Counted from the stretch's first letter, positions 11,496 through 24,264 are shown. The stretch is DNA of 64,000 nucleotides from Eledone cirrhosa (GCA_964016885.1 OZ024741.1:283464001-283528000), one strand, 5' to 3'. The notes: generated by a model not told the origin, from the sequence alone. Made by a program: numbers and translations.

Positions 11496-11885
11496 CACAG
11501 AATAAATTACCTTTTTATGATGTCTACCTGTTATTATTCATTCTTTATCTACACTCTGGAATACAGAAGGATCAGGAACTAAGTTTCTTCAACTATTCTT
11601 CCATAACTCGTTGAGTAACCCCTCACCGTAAGTCAACTCTATCCAGTGTAGTAATTAACCATTACTACATCCAGGAAAATCCTATACCTAATATATATAT
11701 ATGTATATATATATATATATGAAAAAGTTTGTCCTCATCAGTGGCCTTCCAACCGTCGTAGGCATTTCGTCGCATTAAAGGCCATATACCTCAGGTTGGT
11801 GCGAGCAACGTGAATATAAATTCGGTGGAATCGTGAACAAGAGAATAAAGACCATCAAACCTGGTTGAAATGTGAGCAAGGAAGG

Positions 11886-11938
<53 letters not shown>

Positions 11939-12720
11939 CACACAAAGATAAATATGTTGAGAGAGATGGGGTGAGTGAGGAGAAGAAAGAGTGGGAAAGG
12001 GATTGACATACACTCACACACATTGTAATTTTATATTTATTTATATAAAATTGGGGAGCAACTCATCTTTGAAATGTGTTCCATTGAAAACCTGACAATA
12101 ACACATTCACAAAAGTAACTCCTGTGAGATTTCCTAGTTTATGGATGTTCTCTTAAATATCATTTCACTATTAGAGCTGTAGATGGTGAATTGTCTGAGT
12201 CCTTAACATGTTGGATAGTGTGTTTTGTGGTATTTGTTCCAGCTCTCTGTGTTCTGAGTTTAAATTCTGCTAAGGTCAACTTTACCTTTCATCTTTTCAA
12301 GATTGATAAAAAAAAAGTAGCAGTCCAGTTCTGGAGTCGATTCTTCCTTTCTATCTCTTTTTTACTTTCTCTCTTTTTCCTTCTCAGGAAGAAATGCTGT
12401 ATGTCACTACAGCCCCCTTGTAACTCCTTTGGGAGTTGCAGCTCTATACATACATAAATACATACATGCATACATACATATATACATACATACACACACA
12501 AATATACATACATATATATACATACATAAATACATACATAAATGAATACATACATACATGCATACACACACACACACATACATACATATACATGCATACA
12601 AACATTTTTTTCTCCAAAATGGCTGACTGAATACATGTGTTTTTTCTGTAAAAAATGTTTTCCCATTCCCTCCTCTTCTCACTCTCCATCTTTCTATTTC
12701 ATCTTTTATTCCTCATTCTA

Positions 12721-12756
12721 TCTTCTGATGAAGGACTAGTGCCTGAAACATTAAGA
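12721..12756 (+). ncRNA. Decayed copy of the 9289 minimal HHR family (element about 12600-12800)
   Basis: tctt-CTGATGA-aggactagtgcct-GAAA-catt-aaga. Confidence 0.6.
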
Positions 12757-14233
12757 CTATTTTTCTACTATATTAAACATTAAACTAATATATTTCTTCA
12801 TTGTACTGTGCTGTTTGCTTTGTTATTTCTCCATCTTTCTCAACAATGTGCATTTAGCTGTTTGACCAATTTAATTCATTGTAATGACATTAATGTGTTA
12901 GTGGCTGAGTATTCCACAGGCATGTGTGGCTTTTAGAATAATTCTCATGTCAAATTGGCATGACATAGTGGTAAAATCTAGAGAGAAAGACTGAGGCAGA
13001 CAGACCAACAGACAGACAGGCTTATAGATTGATAGATAGATAGATAGGTAGGTAGATTAGTAGATAGATAGATAGATAGATAGATAGAGAGAGAAAGAGA
13101 CAAAGAAAGAGAAAGAGAGAAAGAGAGTGAGTGGGGAAATGAGAGTGAATGAAAGTGAGTGAGAGGGAGAGAAATATAGAAGAATTATGATACTGGTATA
13201 TTATTTAGTTGAACTCAGAGCGTAGAGCACTGAAACTCCTATGATTCTCTCATTTAATCCTCACTGACTTCAACATTGTTATCCTCATCATCATCATTAT
13301 ACATTATTGTTGGACCTCTGTCAGTCTGCTCATGAAATATATCTGCAAGTAGCTCAGCATTCCACAGAGACATGTACTCTTAACTTAGTTCTCAGGGAAA
13401 TTCAGCATGGCACAATGTCTGATGAAGTTGAACCTTTGAATTATAGGCACAATTAATTTTTTTTTTTTTCAGCCAAGTGAGCTGTAGCAACATGGAAAAA
13501 AGTATATTGCTCAAGGACACAATGGACTGGAGCAACATGAAATAAAGTGTCTTGCCCAAGGATTCAAGGCACTGTTGGAAATAGAACTCAAGACCATAAG
13601 ATTGTGAACCAGACACCGTAACCATTAAGCCATGTGGCTTCACCATCCCCATATATACACTTTGTGTGGTAACTAAACCAGCCAACCAGCCAGCCACTGA
13701 ACCATCAAATAAACTACGCAACAAGACAGCATCATAGTTGTGTAAAATGATAGCATTACCTAATGTCAACATCTTCTACCAGATATTAGTAATGAAGCAA
13801 TGAGACAGAAAAATAGCTGTTTCATAAGAATGCAATACAATATATGTGGAAGAAGGATTGGTTCAAGGTAACAGAAGGAAGATTAGAAATTCTGGATGAC
13901 AAAACTTCAGTCGACATTGGAGACCAAATGTAAGAGACTATGAACAGCATGTTATCCATTAACAACTCAGAATTACATAAATACACACACAAACACACCT
14001 CTGTGTGTGTGTGTTTGCAAATCTGTGTGTATGTGGGGGGTTTTGTATAAACATTTTACATTACTAGAACTTTTACAGTAGTGAAGAAAATACACTCCTA
14101 TGAAGGTGAGGTGGTTCTGAGTCAAACTGTTTACACAACACAAATGTACACCTTATAAAATGTATTGAGTGCCCCTTTTCTGTGTTCTTATCCTATTTAT
14201 ACACATATATATCTAAACATTTAGTCACACACA

Positions 14234-14280
<47 letters not shown>

Positions 14281-14365
14281 GACTTCTACAGGACTAGAAC
14301 TTTTTCAGTCCTGATGATTTCATAGGAATAAAACAGTTCTAGTCCTGAAATTGTTTCAATATTAA

Positions 14366-15600
14366 TAACACCTCGCCAAGATGGAACGCATGCTCTTCCA
14401 GTTTCTGTGGAAGAAGCAGGCTCCGCTGGTGAGGAGATCCGTCTGCTGTCAGCACCCTTCCAACGGAGGGCTGGGAATGCCGTGGCTGATGATGCGCAAA
14501 CATGCGCTGAGGCTGCGGCATCTCCAGGTATTCCTCACCGACCCCCAACCGGTGTGGGCACCGTTTGTGAGACAGGCTTTCCCACAGCTCGTCTCGCTAA
14601 CGGAGCTGCAGTCCTGGGTGAAGAAAAGACCGAAAACGATGGGCGCCTGGCACATTGAATGCGCTCAGGCGCTCATAGTCCTCTGGCAAGCGGGCGCAGC
14701 AATCAGTGGATACTCCACTTCGACATTCTATAGAGGGATTGTACGTTACAAGGGCGACGACGTGCTCGGAGAGACTCTGGGCGTCGAAGACGATGAGCTC
14801 ACCAGTATGTTTGGTAGGACTTTCCGCCCGGGACCTATGGACAACTTCCAGAGGTCCCTGGCCTGGCAGTGCTACCGAGGAGCTCTACCGGTTCGTGACA
14901 AGATCTACAGGCACGGACGCCCTGGCAGGGATCCTTCCAAGAGGACGTGTCCAAGATGTGCGCAGGACATTGAAACAGTTCTGCACGCAATTGTACACTG
15001 CCCGGGCGTAAGCGACCTGTGGAACTATGCAGAACAACTGCTGTCGCGTATGGGACAAATACAGTTGACTGCCGAATCCATAGTAAGGATCAAACCGCCA
15101 GACTCTTTCAAAAACGAAAGAGAGGCGGTTTTCCTCTGTACGGTGGCTATGGTGAAAGAAGTTATATGGTGGACGAGGTTGAGAGGACTGAGGACAGATG
15201 CCTTTCTCTCCGGACAACAATTGATTCCATTCTTTAAGTATCACTTTAGAAGGAGAATCAGGGTGGAGAGAGAGGCACTGCACCCCAGTAAATTTACTGA
15301 AAGGTGGGTGAATGAAGCGAAAATGGCCCGAGTGATTGGGCCTTCTCTGTTTATAAGCCTGTAGGTTGAGGAAGAGAGCAAAAGGAAGAAGGGAGCACTT
15401 GCACAACACGCTCCTTGAGTTGAGGGTTGTTCTATCGACGGGGTATTAAACAACCCATTTGTGGCGCCTCCCCCCTATTGGGGATTTCGATTGTTGAAAT
15501 TGTTTGTTTTTATATTTTTTACACGACTGTATGTAAAATCCCCGGCATGTCTTTGTATTGTCCCCTTTCTTGTTGCGCCCTTGTGGCTAATAAAGAAATC
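14366..15600 (+). mobile_element. 5'-truncated L1/Tx1-clade LINE
   Basis: GC-rich island with ORF2 C-terminus, 3' end aataaagaaatc; tcaatattaa duplicated at 14356-14365 and 15599-15608. Confidence 0.88.
14369..15364 (+). CDS. Tx1-like ORF2 C-terminal fragment (post-RT region plus zinc knuckle), uninterrupted
   Basis: FLWKK..VRRSVCCQHPSNGGLGMP, WQCYRGALPVRD, CPRC..ETVLHAIVHC (CCHC) are L1/Tx1 hallmarks; no stop in about 331 codons. Confidence 0.85.
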   Translation, partial: HLAKMERMLFQFLWKKQAPLVRRSVCCQHPSNGGLGMPWLMMRKHALRLRHLQVFLTDPQPVWAPFVRQAFPQLVSLTELQSWVKKRPKTMGAWHIECAQALIVLWQAGAAISGYSTSTFYRGIVRYKGDDVLGETLGVEDDELTSMFGRTFRPGPMDNFQRSLAWQCYRGALPVRDKIYRHGRPGRDPSKRTCPRCAQDIETVLHAIVHCPGVSDLWNYAEQLLSRMGQIQLTAESIVRIKPPDSFKNEREAVFLCTVAMVKEVIWWTRLRGLRTDAFLSGQQLIPFFKYHFRRRIRVEREALHPSKFTERWVNEAKMARVIGPSLFISL

Positions 15601-15613
15601 AATATTAAATAAT

Positions 15614-15823
15614 CGTTTCTTATATAGGCACAAGGCCAGCAATAGGGGGAGGGGAAAGTCGATTAAATCGTCCCCATGACTGGTACTTTATTTTATTGAC
15701 CCCGTAAGGATGAAAGACAAAGTTAACCTCGGCAGGATTTGAACTCAGATCATAAAGGGCCGTAACTCTATGCTGCAAAGCATGGCACCTGACCCTCTAC
15801 CAATACTGCCAATCCACCGCCCT
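15614..15823 (-). mobile_element. Full-length SINE family A with TSD
   Basis: aatattaaataat at 15601-15613 and 15830-15842. Confidence 0.85.
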
Positions 15824-16118
15824 TTATTAAATATTAAATAATGATGCTTACATTCTACTAATGCCTTGAGAACCTTTTTTTTAACTGTGGTTACCTCTCA
15901 ATTTTACTTGGGATCTACATATATATATTAGCTCTGACAGTTGGAAGGTGAACAGTGAACTGTACAGAAACATTAGTGTCTGCAGTTCTGTTTACATGTC
16001 AACGCAAGAACAAGAATGAGGGGATCATTCTACTGACATGGCTTTAAAAATGAGGCTTGTTTGCATAATTGCAAACGAACCGATTATTATTAATATTCGA
16101 AAAGCTCAGATTACATTC

Positions 16119-16159
<41 letters not shown>

Positions 16160-16528
16160 ACTAGAAATTGATTGACATATATATATATCTAAAATAAACA
16201 TATGAAACAATCACAGGGAATAATTTGTAAAAGTGTGTAAGCACACACAGCTAGGTACGTAACTAATTAAAGTTTAACTAGAACTTTAAGTATAACCTTT
16301 TAAAATGATTAACCTTCCTTGTATATATTTCATTAAAGAATCTATTCATTGGAATCTTTGAGCATATTCTACAGTGGATATGGTGCATGTCTCTCGGATA
16401 TGACACCCTTAATCTAATTTTGGATATATATATATAGTAATAATAATATATGTGAGGGCTCGATAAGGATAAATATATATCAAATATTTAAGAACCCTAG
16501 AGCAAACTTTAATCTGTTATTTTAATAA

Positions 16529-16559
<31 letters not shown>

Positions 16560-16579
16560 TATATATATAAAGAAAAAAT

Positions 16580-16834
16580 ATGAAATCGAAAATGCAACTG
16601 GAGTCTTTTTTTTTTTCAATATATATTTATTTATTTGGTTCTTTACCGGTTTTGCAGTTCTTCTGCTTTTCAAAAGTAGAATTGAGATGGAGAGTTTGTG
16701 GTTTTTCAAAAACCACAAACCCTCCATCTCAATTCTACTTTTGAAAAGCAGAAGAACTGCAAAACCGGTAAAGAACCAAATAAATAAATATATATTTTTA
16801 AAAAAAAAGACTCCAGTTGCATTTTCGATTTCAT
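16580..16834. mobile_element. Near-perfect palindrome (127-bp arms, centre 16707) with tail to about 16905
   Basis: Read directly; right arm has aAAACCGGTA (decayed HHR 3' half); (TA)n flanks. Confidence 0.8.
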
Positions 16835-16903
16835 CTTTTTTCCTTATACTTTCACTCGTGTAGGACACCTCGGTTATTTTTCATTTTGTAAAAAAAACCT
16901 CAC

Positions 16904-16941
<38 letters not shown>

Positions 16942-17063
16942 CTGAGATATGTAGTAAATGACTGATAAGTTTTTTAAAAGTCAGTGCAATGTGGTAGAAA
17001 ATACAAAGAGCAAATGAAACAAAACAAAACAAAGTAAAGTAATGTTTTACCCAGTGTATTATG

Positions 17064-17101
17064 GCATGATATTTCAGGGCTATTACCCTTTTTTTAGATG
17101 C
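17064..17101 (-). ncRNA. Degenerate minimal HHR in the PLE pLTR
   Basis: gcat-ctaaaaa-a-aggg taatag ccct-GAAA-ta-TC-atgc; the CUGANGA box is mutated. Confidence 0.55.
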
Positions 17102-17221
17102 AAAGCTGAAACAGTCCAAGATAAAACAATTTGAAATTTCTTCTGTAACTGGTTCTATGTTTTGGAAAAAATGTATGCGCATGTGTGGAATTGCTATATT
17201 AACCATTCTGCCTTGTGACAT

Positions 17222-17490
17222 TCTGAACTATTATCTATTTCTGGATTTAATCAGGTGATGAAAATGACTTCCACAATTCTCAAATTTCCCGTATTCCTTT
17301 CATTTGCCTCTATGGTGACCTCAATGTCATGTTTGCGGCATTTTTCAAGATGTTTTTGATGGAAAGGCTCTCATTGTCATATGTTCCTTGACCCGTATGT
17401 GTAGTCTCCTTAGGGGACTTCTGCTGTATCAGGAGTTGTATTTTTGCATGTGATCTTATAGACCACATTGTTGATGGGACAATTTAAAAG
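17222..17490 (-). pseudogene. PLE GIY-YIG endonuclease remnant
   Basis: NNVVYKITCK...RRLHIRVKEH...KHLEKC...NLRIVEVIFI.*LNPEID (frameshifted). Confidence 0.75.
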
Positions 17491-18629
17491 TGTGAACATA
17501 TCGCTGTATGCGGGTTGATGTCTGTGGAGCTGTCTCCTCAAAGAGGGTCCTGAATGTGCCAGCTATGTATTCAGTCCCTCCCTATGGATGACTTGTCTGA
17601 TGGCAGCTTTCGTCTTCTCATTGAAATGTAGCAGCTTTAGGTAGCAATTGTTATCCATAGGGGCTTGTGTCCTCCTTGTTCTTTTTTTTTTTTACATGCT
17701 GCTGTCTCTGCTACAGATCTCACAATGCTTTGTATCAACTTCAATACTCTATTCTTATCATGTTGAATCTGTTCAAATTATCAGAAAAATGACGAAAATC
17801 TGTTGCCAGATCAACTTCCTTAACCGATGCCTGAAATACCTAGCACTTTAAGGAACATACACCTATCTAAATGCTTTGATCTAACTTCATACACCTCTTC
17901 ATTTTAAATTTTAAAAAATTTATCAGACAACTACATAAAGAAGTCAACCAACACAAGTAGCTATATCTACACTACAAGCTAAGCTTCCTCACCATTTCAA
18001 ACTATATAACATGATTAATATATGCCATCACAATTGATTTATAGTTGAAAAAAAACGCCTCATACATAAGTTCCAATAGATTTTAAATAAACATTGCAAC
18101 CACCACAGTTGCTACGACACCAACAGTAATACATCCAGCATCAGAGACCAGCATTCTAACTGAACTTACAACAATCATGATAAAACTACCAACAAAACTA
18201 CAACACTAAACTAACTAGACTGAAGAATTCCATCTTCAAGATCTTACAGAAGCACTCTTCTCCCTCCCACAATCTCTCTAGGTCTCAGCTCACCCCTCTA
18301 AGAACTTCATTCAAAAAAGTAATATACCTTCCTTCACACAAAAAGAGAGAATTTTGTGTCATTGAGCAGAATATTTACACACAACTAGTGCTAGAACACC
18401 TCAACAACAGAACCCTATATAGTAAGGTTAGCAACAACAGAACCCTATATAGTAAGGTTAGCAACAACATCACACCTAGTCAACTAGAGACCAGCAATAC
18501 CACCAACTGGACTAATATATGTAATCACCAAAGCCTTGCTAGTAGAATAAAACACATCCTCATCACCAGAAACGGTAAACTCCCCACATCTACCATCTCA
18601 TCAAAACACATAAAACAAGGTCCAACTTA

Positions 18630-19400
18630 AAAAGTAGACCCATCGTTTCTGGCATAAACAGTCTTTTCTATAAAATTTTGTGGCTTCTTTCCAAATGTCT
18701 CAAACTTCTCCTTCACACTGTTCCCCAGACACATAGACAACTCACAAGAAGTAGTCAACAGATTAAAAGAACTTGACCCCACCATACTAGGACAGAATAG
18801 ATACCCTTTTTGTTTAGATGTGGTTTCCCTCTACACTTCTGTCTCCACCTCCACTGCCATCAACTTAATTACAGACATCATTGCCTCTACTGACCTCAAT
18901 TATTTTGGGCTCACTGCTGCTGATATTATCATGTGCGACACCTTTTTTCAGTTTCAGGGCTACATATACAAACAAATCTCAGAACTTCCAATGGGATTGA
19001 GTCTTTCAGGTCTGATAGCCATAATGTACATGGACCAGTTGGAGTGCACAGCACTCACCACATGCTGTTCTTGTTCCTTCTCCAGGCACGTGGATGACAT
19101 CCTTATGCTCACTTCATCATTCGAAAGCATTGATGCAAACATAAAATTTGAGGTTGAACATCCAGACACCACTGGATCCCTCACTTGACTTTACACTAAA
19201 AAGAGATTCATATATACACCAAATTTTACAGGAAGGATGCCTGCAGAAACATTTTCATACACCATGACTCCACCCTCCCCTACAGAGCCGAAATGCCTAT
19301 GTACAGAATGAGATATCCTGAATATCCAACAGATGCAGCAAAGATAGTGACAGACATACCAACACAGCGGAATTCCAAAGAGTTCTCACCAAAAACAGCT
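18630..19400 (+). pseudogene. Penelope-type reverse transcriptase remnant
   Basis: VRPIVS, LDVVSLYTSV, FFQFQGYIYKQISELPMGLSLSGLIA, RHVDDIL, NIKFEVEH. Confidence 0.88.
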
Positions 19401-19587
19401 ACCCTACTTCTCTCACCAAACACCGAAATGAACAAAGAGGACACGTGCCCCTAAGTGGTACCTAAAACTACCACATTACAATGAGAAGATAACAGCAGCC
19501 ACCAGATAAGCCATCCATAAGGAGGGACTGAATATTCAGCTGGCACATTTGGGACCCTCTTTGAGGAGACTGCTCCACACACACACA

Positions 19588-19659
<72 letters not shown>

Positions 19660-19660
<1 letters not shown>

Positions 19661-20400
19661 TCATCATCATCATCATCATCATCGTTTAACGTCTATCTTC
19701 CATGCTAGCATGGGTTTAGATGGGAATTGTCCCACTTGAGGGACATATTTGACTGTCTGGCAGGTTTTCTACAGCTGGATGCCCTTCCTAACACCAACCA
19801 CGTTTACAGTGTGGACTGGGAGGTTTTTACTGTGTTACCTACACGACCACATTACAGCGTGGACTGTGTTTTTTTTGTCATGACACCTACACGACCTCAT
19901 TTATTTAGGACTGGATGTTGTGGTACCAACATAACTTTACAGAGAAAGGGGTGGTGTTGACGGGGGTGGGAGTAGGGGTAGTGGGATGGGGGGGGGGTAT
20001 TTTTGGTTAAGAGGTGCCTACTGACTGTAGGTTTAGCTTTGTACATAGGCAAGGCAGGTCTTCTGTGTTACTGCATAGCGCCAAAGAATTCGGTCCAGTG
20101 ACATTGTCTTGGAGAGGTGTAAGTGTGTAAGATCGGAATTTATCAAATCGTCCCAGGTTTTTCTGGGTCTGCCTACTCTGTAGCTTCCATCAACTTTGAT
20201 CGCTCTGCACTTTTTTATGCAGCTGTCATCTTTCATGCGCATCACGTGACCATACCAACGTAGTCTTCTCTCTAGTAAACAGCATCTGATCCCTCTTATT
20301 CCTAATTTCTCACTTAGTTCATTTATGCTTTGCTGTTCTCGTATATTACTATTACACATCCAACGGAGCATGCAAGCTTCGTTCTTCTCCAGTCTGCGTA
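19660..20400 (-). mobile_element. RTE LINE 3' fragment with 3' UTR and (GAT)n tail
   Basis: RRLEKNEACMLRWMC...RRLRWYGHVMR...GRPRKTW. Confidence 0.9.
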
Positions 20401-20639
20401 TGTATATATATACACACACACATGATTGTGTGTATGTGTGTATGTGTTGGATTTTTCCCTACAAAATGATATAGTGCATCTAAATGAAACACTGGACACT
20501 AGCATCAAAAGAAACACTAAACAACGAGAGTTATTCTGACAAATCTAAACTATAATAAAGGAAGGTCTGCAGGACTGCGTATGGTTTTTTTTTTTTTTAT
20601 CCCGTTAGTAAAATAAGTTGGATTACTTTGAATAAATAA

Positions 20640-20770
20640 TTGTTTCTATTTTAGGCACAAGGCCAGCAATTACCCAGTACATTACTGGTACTTTATTTTA
20701 TCGACCCCGTAAGGATGAAAGGCAAAGTTAACCTCGGCGGGATTTGAACTCAGATCATAAAGGGACGTAA
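20640..20770 (-). mobile_element. SINE family A, truncated
   Basis: Core match. Confidence 0.8.
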
Positions 20771-20860
20771 TGAATGAATATTAAATTTATCTATTAAAAT
20801 TATAAACAAAAATAATTTCGTAAAAATAAATAATTTAAAATTGACTCCTTTTCAAAGTTG

Positions 20861-20945
20861 CACTTCCGGTATATCGTTGCCACCACCACCACTTCAACTA
20901 CCAAATATATAGAAAGAGAGAGTGTGTGATGTCAACACTTCCGGT
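20861..20945. promoter_or_regulatory. Pair of ETS/GABP-type motifs (CACTTCCGGT x2)
   Basis: Exact 10-mers at 20861 and 20936 in non-repeat, CpG-retaining sequence. Confidence 0.35.
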
Positions 20946-21789
20946 GGCGATCACTTAAATAAACACACTAATTTTCTGTCACTAATTTTCTCCTAATGCA
21001 GTTTATATATAATATCGTCTTTTTTTTAATGATTACATTACTGATTACAGAAGACAGTGTAACAACGTCTTCGTTCAATTTCTGTTTATATTGTCAATTA
21101 CGATTTTATTTTATGTATCATATCTACATGAATATATACTTGTGTATAATATCAATATACACACTACACATGCTAGCAGAAAACCACCCCTCGGATGGTT
21201 TTTCTGCTAGTCATAGAATAATACAGATACAAATACAACACAATCAACACATCAGACAGCAAGCTTATCAGAAATATACAAACGACATGTAATTTGTATT
21301 ATATGAATCAAATGCATACTAACAATAGGCTAAATAAAATCCATTACAACAAATCCTACAGATTGTATCAAATCGAACCATCCAATTTCAAAAGACTGAA
21401 AAATTGGAAATAATTTTATAAATATTTATAAAAGTTATAAAAAAGCATAAAACTTGATATTCAGACATGTATTGTACAAGTTGTTGCATAATTATATGGT
21501 CATTTGTTTCAGAAATATAGCTTTTTTGAAATTGGGTGATTCTTTTTGATACATTCTGTGTAATGACACTGATGGAATGAACTTCTGCTGGTTTTTGACA
21601 ACGAATGTCCCAGTTATTCAATGGGACAGCCTGTTCATGCAATTAACATGTAAGTGGCTGAGCATTCCATAGACATAATTCTCAATTAGATTCAATGTGA
21701 TATAGTATGTGACAAAGGTAAACTTCTTAACCACTCAGCCATACTGTGTCTACAGAGTGCATTACACAAAATCATATATTAACATTTGT

Positions 21790-22100
21790 GAACGTGTGTA
21801 ACTTAGTTGTTAGAGATTTGGACTTGCAATCGTGAGGTTGTGAGTTCGATTCCCAGATAGGGTGGTGCGTTGTGTCCTTGAGGAATACACTTCATTTTAC
21901 ACAACTGTAAAAATATGTTGCAATGTCACTGGTGTATTGGACTTGGCCTTTCCCTTGGATGGCAAGGAGAAAGGAGGTTGGTAATTATGGGTAACGGCTG
22001 GTCTTCCACAAAAAACATCTTGCCTGAGTTTGCGCTCCAGAGTGGAACTTTCTAGGTGCAAATACCATGGTCATTTGTGACTAAAGGAGGGAGGTCTTTA
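21790..22100 (+). mobile_element. tRNA-derived SINE, family B (GAGTTCGATTCC...TTGTGTCCTTGAGCAAGACAC core)
   Basis: B-box plus core; reverse-complement homolog at 30940-31280; other copies near 13500-13640, 23360-23484, 44810-45065, 49640-49900, 54240-54350. Confidence 0.75.
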
Positions 22101-23037
22101 CTCATTTATATTAACACTAAAAATATACTACACAACTACTAGTATTTAAAAAAGAACTTATCAATAACAAATCAGATTTTCAGAGGAATTCTGTTTAAAT
22201 ATATTTCCTCTGAAGATATGCATTAAACACATTAATGCCAATGCATTGAAGTGGCGCAAATGAATTGTTTATGGCTAAATGTTGTGACTGAAATCTAATT
22301 GATAAAACAGGGAAGCACTGATTGTAAAGGCAAAACTAAAAAAAAAGCACATTAAAAATTTGGTATATTGAAACATTTATAAGGAATAATGAATAAATGC
22401 AGATCTAAAAAAAAATTTCATCTGTTATATATATATATTATATATATGTGTGTGTATGTGTATATATATATAAGTGTGTGTGTGGTGTGTGCGTGCGTGT
22501 GTGGTGTGTGTGTATATATATATATAATATATATAAAACATGTGAGTAAGTTAGTTTTTGAATGCACTATTATCTTACTTCTAGTGAAATCGTTAATTAG
22601 TGAGTTGATTCAGTTGCCTGGCTGGCATAGAGCCAATACCACATATAGGTCTTCTACATGTAGGAAGTAGATGTGGCAGTCGGTATTGTTTGTACTCCGC
22701 TCATCCTTGAAATAAAACAGTTCTTTTATGACTTCATATGTAGATGTTGCAACACACTGGTAACATAATTGCATTGCACACATACACACACAAATATGCA
22801 CATGTACATGCACACATATGCAAATGCATACATAAGTCACACATCCATTAATATATCATCGTCATCTCATCACCATCATCATTTAACATCTACTTTCTCT
22901 AGCTGGGGTGTTTATAAATATATATGATGATGATGATGATGATATGTTTATATCTCTCTCTCTATATATATATATAAGCAAAAGGGATATTCAATATATA
23001 GTTTCCATTTATTTAATATCATTATTTAATATCATTG

Positions 23038-23225
23038 GTAGGGTGGTAGATTGGCAGTATCGGTAGAGGGTCGGACGCCATGCTTTCCAGCATAGTTACG
23101 TCCCTTTACGATCTGAGTTCAAATCCCGCCGAGGTTGACTTTGCCTTTCATCCTTACGGGGTCGATAAAATAAAGTACCAGTAATGTACTGGGTAATTGC
23201 TGGCCTTGTGCCTAAAGTAGAAACA
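23038..23225 (+). mobile_element. Full-length young SINE family A
   Basis: 17-bp TSD attatttaatatcattg at 23021-23037 and 23226-23242. Confidence 0.9.
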
Positions 23226-23565
23226 ATTATTTAATATCATTGAATATATATATATTGACAGTCGATCGACAAGATCCCAGACCTCATTCACTTAACGAGT
23301 GGGGTCGAGCTCATCAAATTGGATCTATTGCTAATACAATCTGTTGGTTGCAAATCCAGGCAGAAGGAACAATATGAACTAAAGTGTCATGCTCAAGGAC
23401 ATAATGCATCACCTGCTCCGGGAATCGAACTCACAACCTCACGATTGTGAATCAATTCTCTAACCACTCAGCCACTCACCTTCACAAATATATATATATA
23501 TATATTTAAGAAGCATAAAAATATTTTGTTATAACGACTTGCGACTCCTACATTTATTCCCTTTG

Positions 23566-23628
<63 letters not shown>

Positions 23629-23636
23629 ATGTATAC

Positions 23637-23728
<92 letters not shown>

Positions 23729-24264
23729 GACGTAAATAAGAAAATATCTCCAAATTATTTGTTGAGCAAAACTTGCCGAAATTACTACTATGGTTCATGG
23801 TAGTGTCTAGGCCCTTGTCTTATTAGCACTCCACTCCTCACTGATTAACCTCAGTGTCACGTGATTGATTCACGTGATTTGCCACTGACCAAGTAGGCAG
23901 TGAATTGTTTCAATGTCTTGGAATTTAGTCCCCGCTCGCTTTTTTCCATCCACTGAATTATTTTTATATAAGTTCCCAGTGTCCTCGTATTGCCTGGGAG
24001 CTTAGCTGAGAATAGACTCCCTGATGACGTAAGGTTTCTCTGTGGGTACGTTGCATAACCATATTTATTCCCTTACAGAAACTAATTAGTTGGAGTGAAA
24101 TTTTAGTAAGTAAGTCGATTTTCATAATTTTCTTATTTACATCTTTCATATAATTGTTCTGCATCCCCTTGCATAGAACCACAAAAGTTACTAAGACAAA
24201 ACATATATATTTGCTGGCATAGGTATGCATCTGTATACATATGTTGGTAGATATACTAATTCTT

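Larger units (their letters stand above)
10165..11690 (+). mobile_element. 5'-truncated Penelope-like element with inverted partial pLTR
   Basis: 10165-10256 is the reverse complement of 11456-11548; GIY-YIG remnant; HHR; tail; (TA)n flanks. Confidence 0.85.
16938..19578. mobile_element. Penelope-like element: + strand 5'/RT portion (about 17692-19578) joined to an inverted 3' portion (about 17681-16938)
   Basis: 19430-19578 is homologous to the reverse complement of about 17522-17681; RT, endonuclease and HHR remnants; (TA)n flanks. Confidence 0.85.

Noticed and set aside
23100-23135. tRNA-like GTTCAAATCCC as a tRNA gene
   Set aside because: B-box of SINE heads; no cloverleaf
23856-23878. 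Twin TCACGTGA E-boxes
   Set aside because: Lies in an unclassified TA-flanked segment with no promoter evidence
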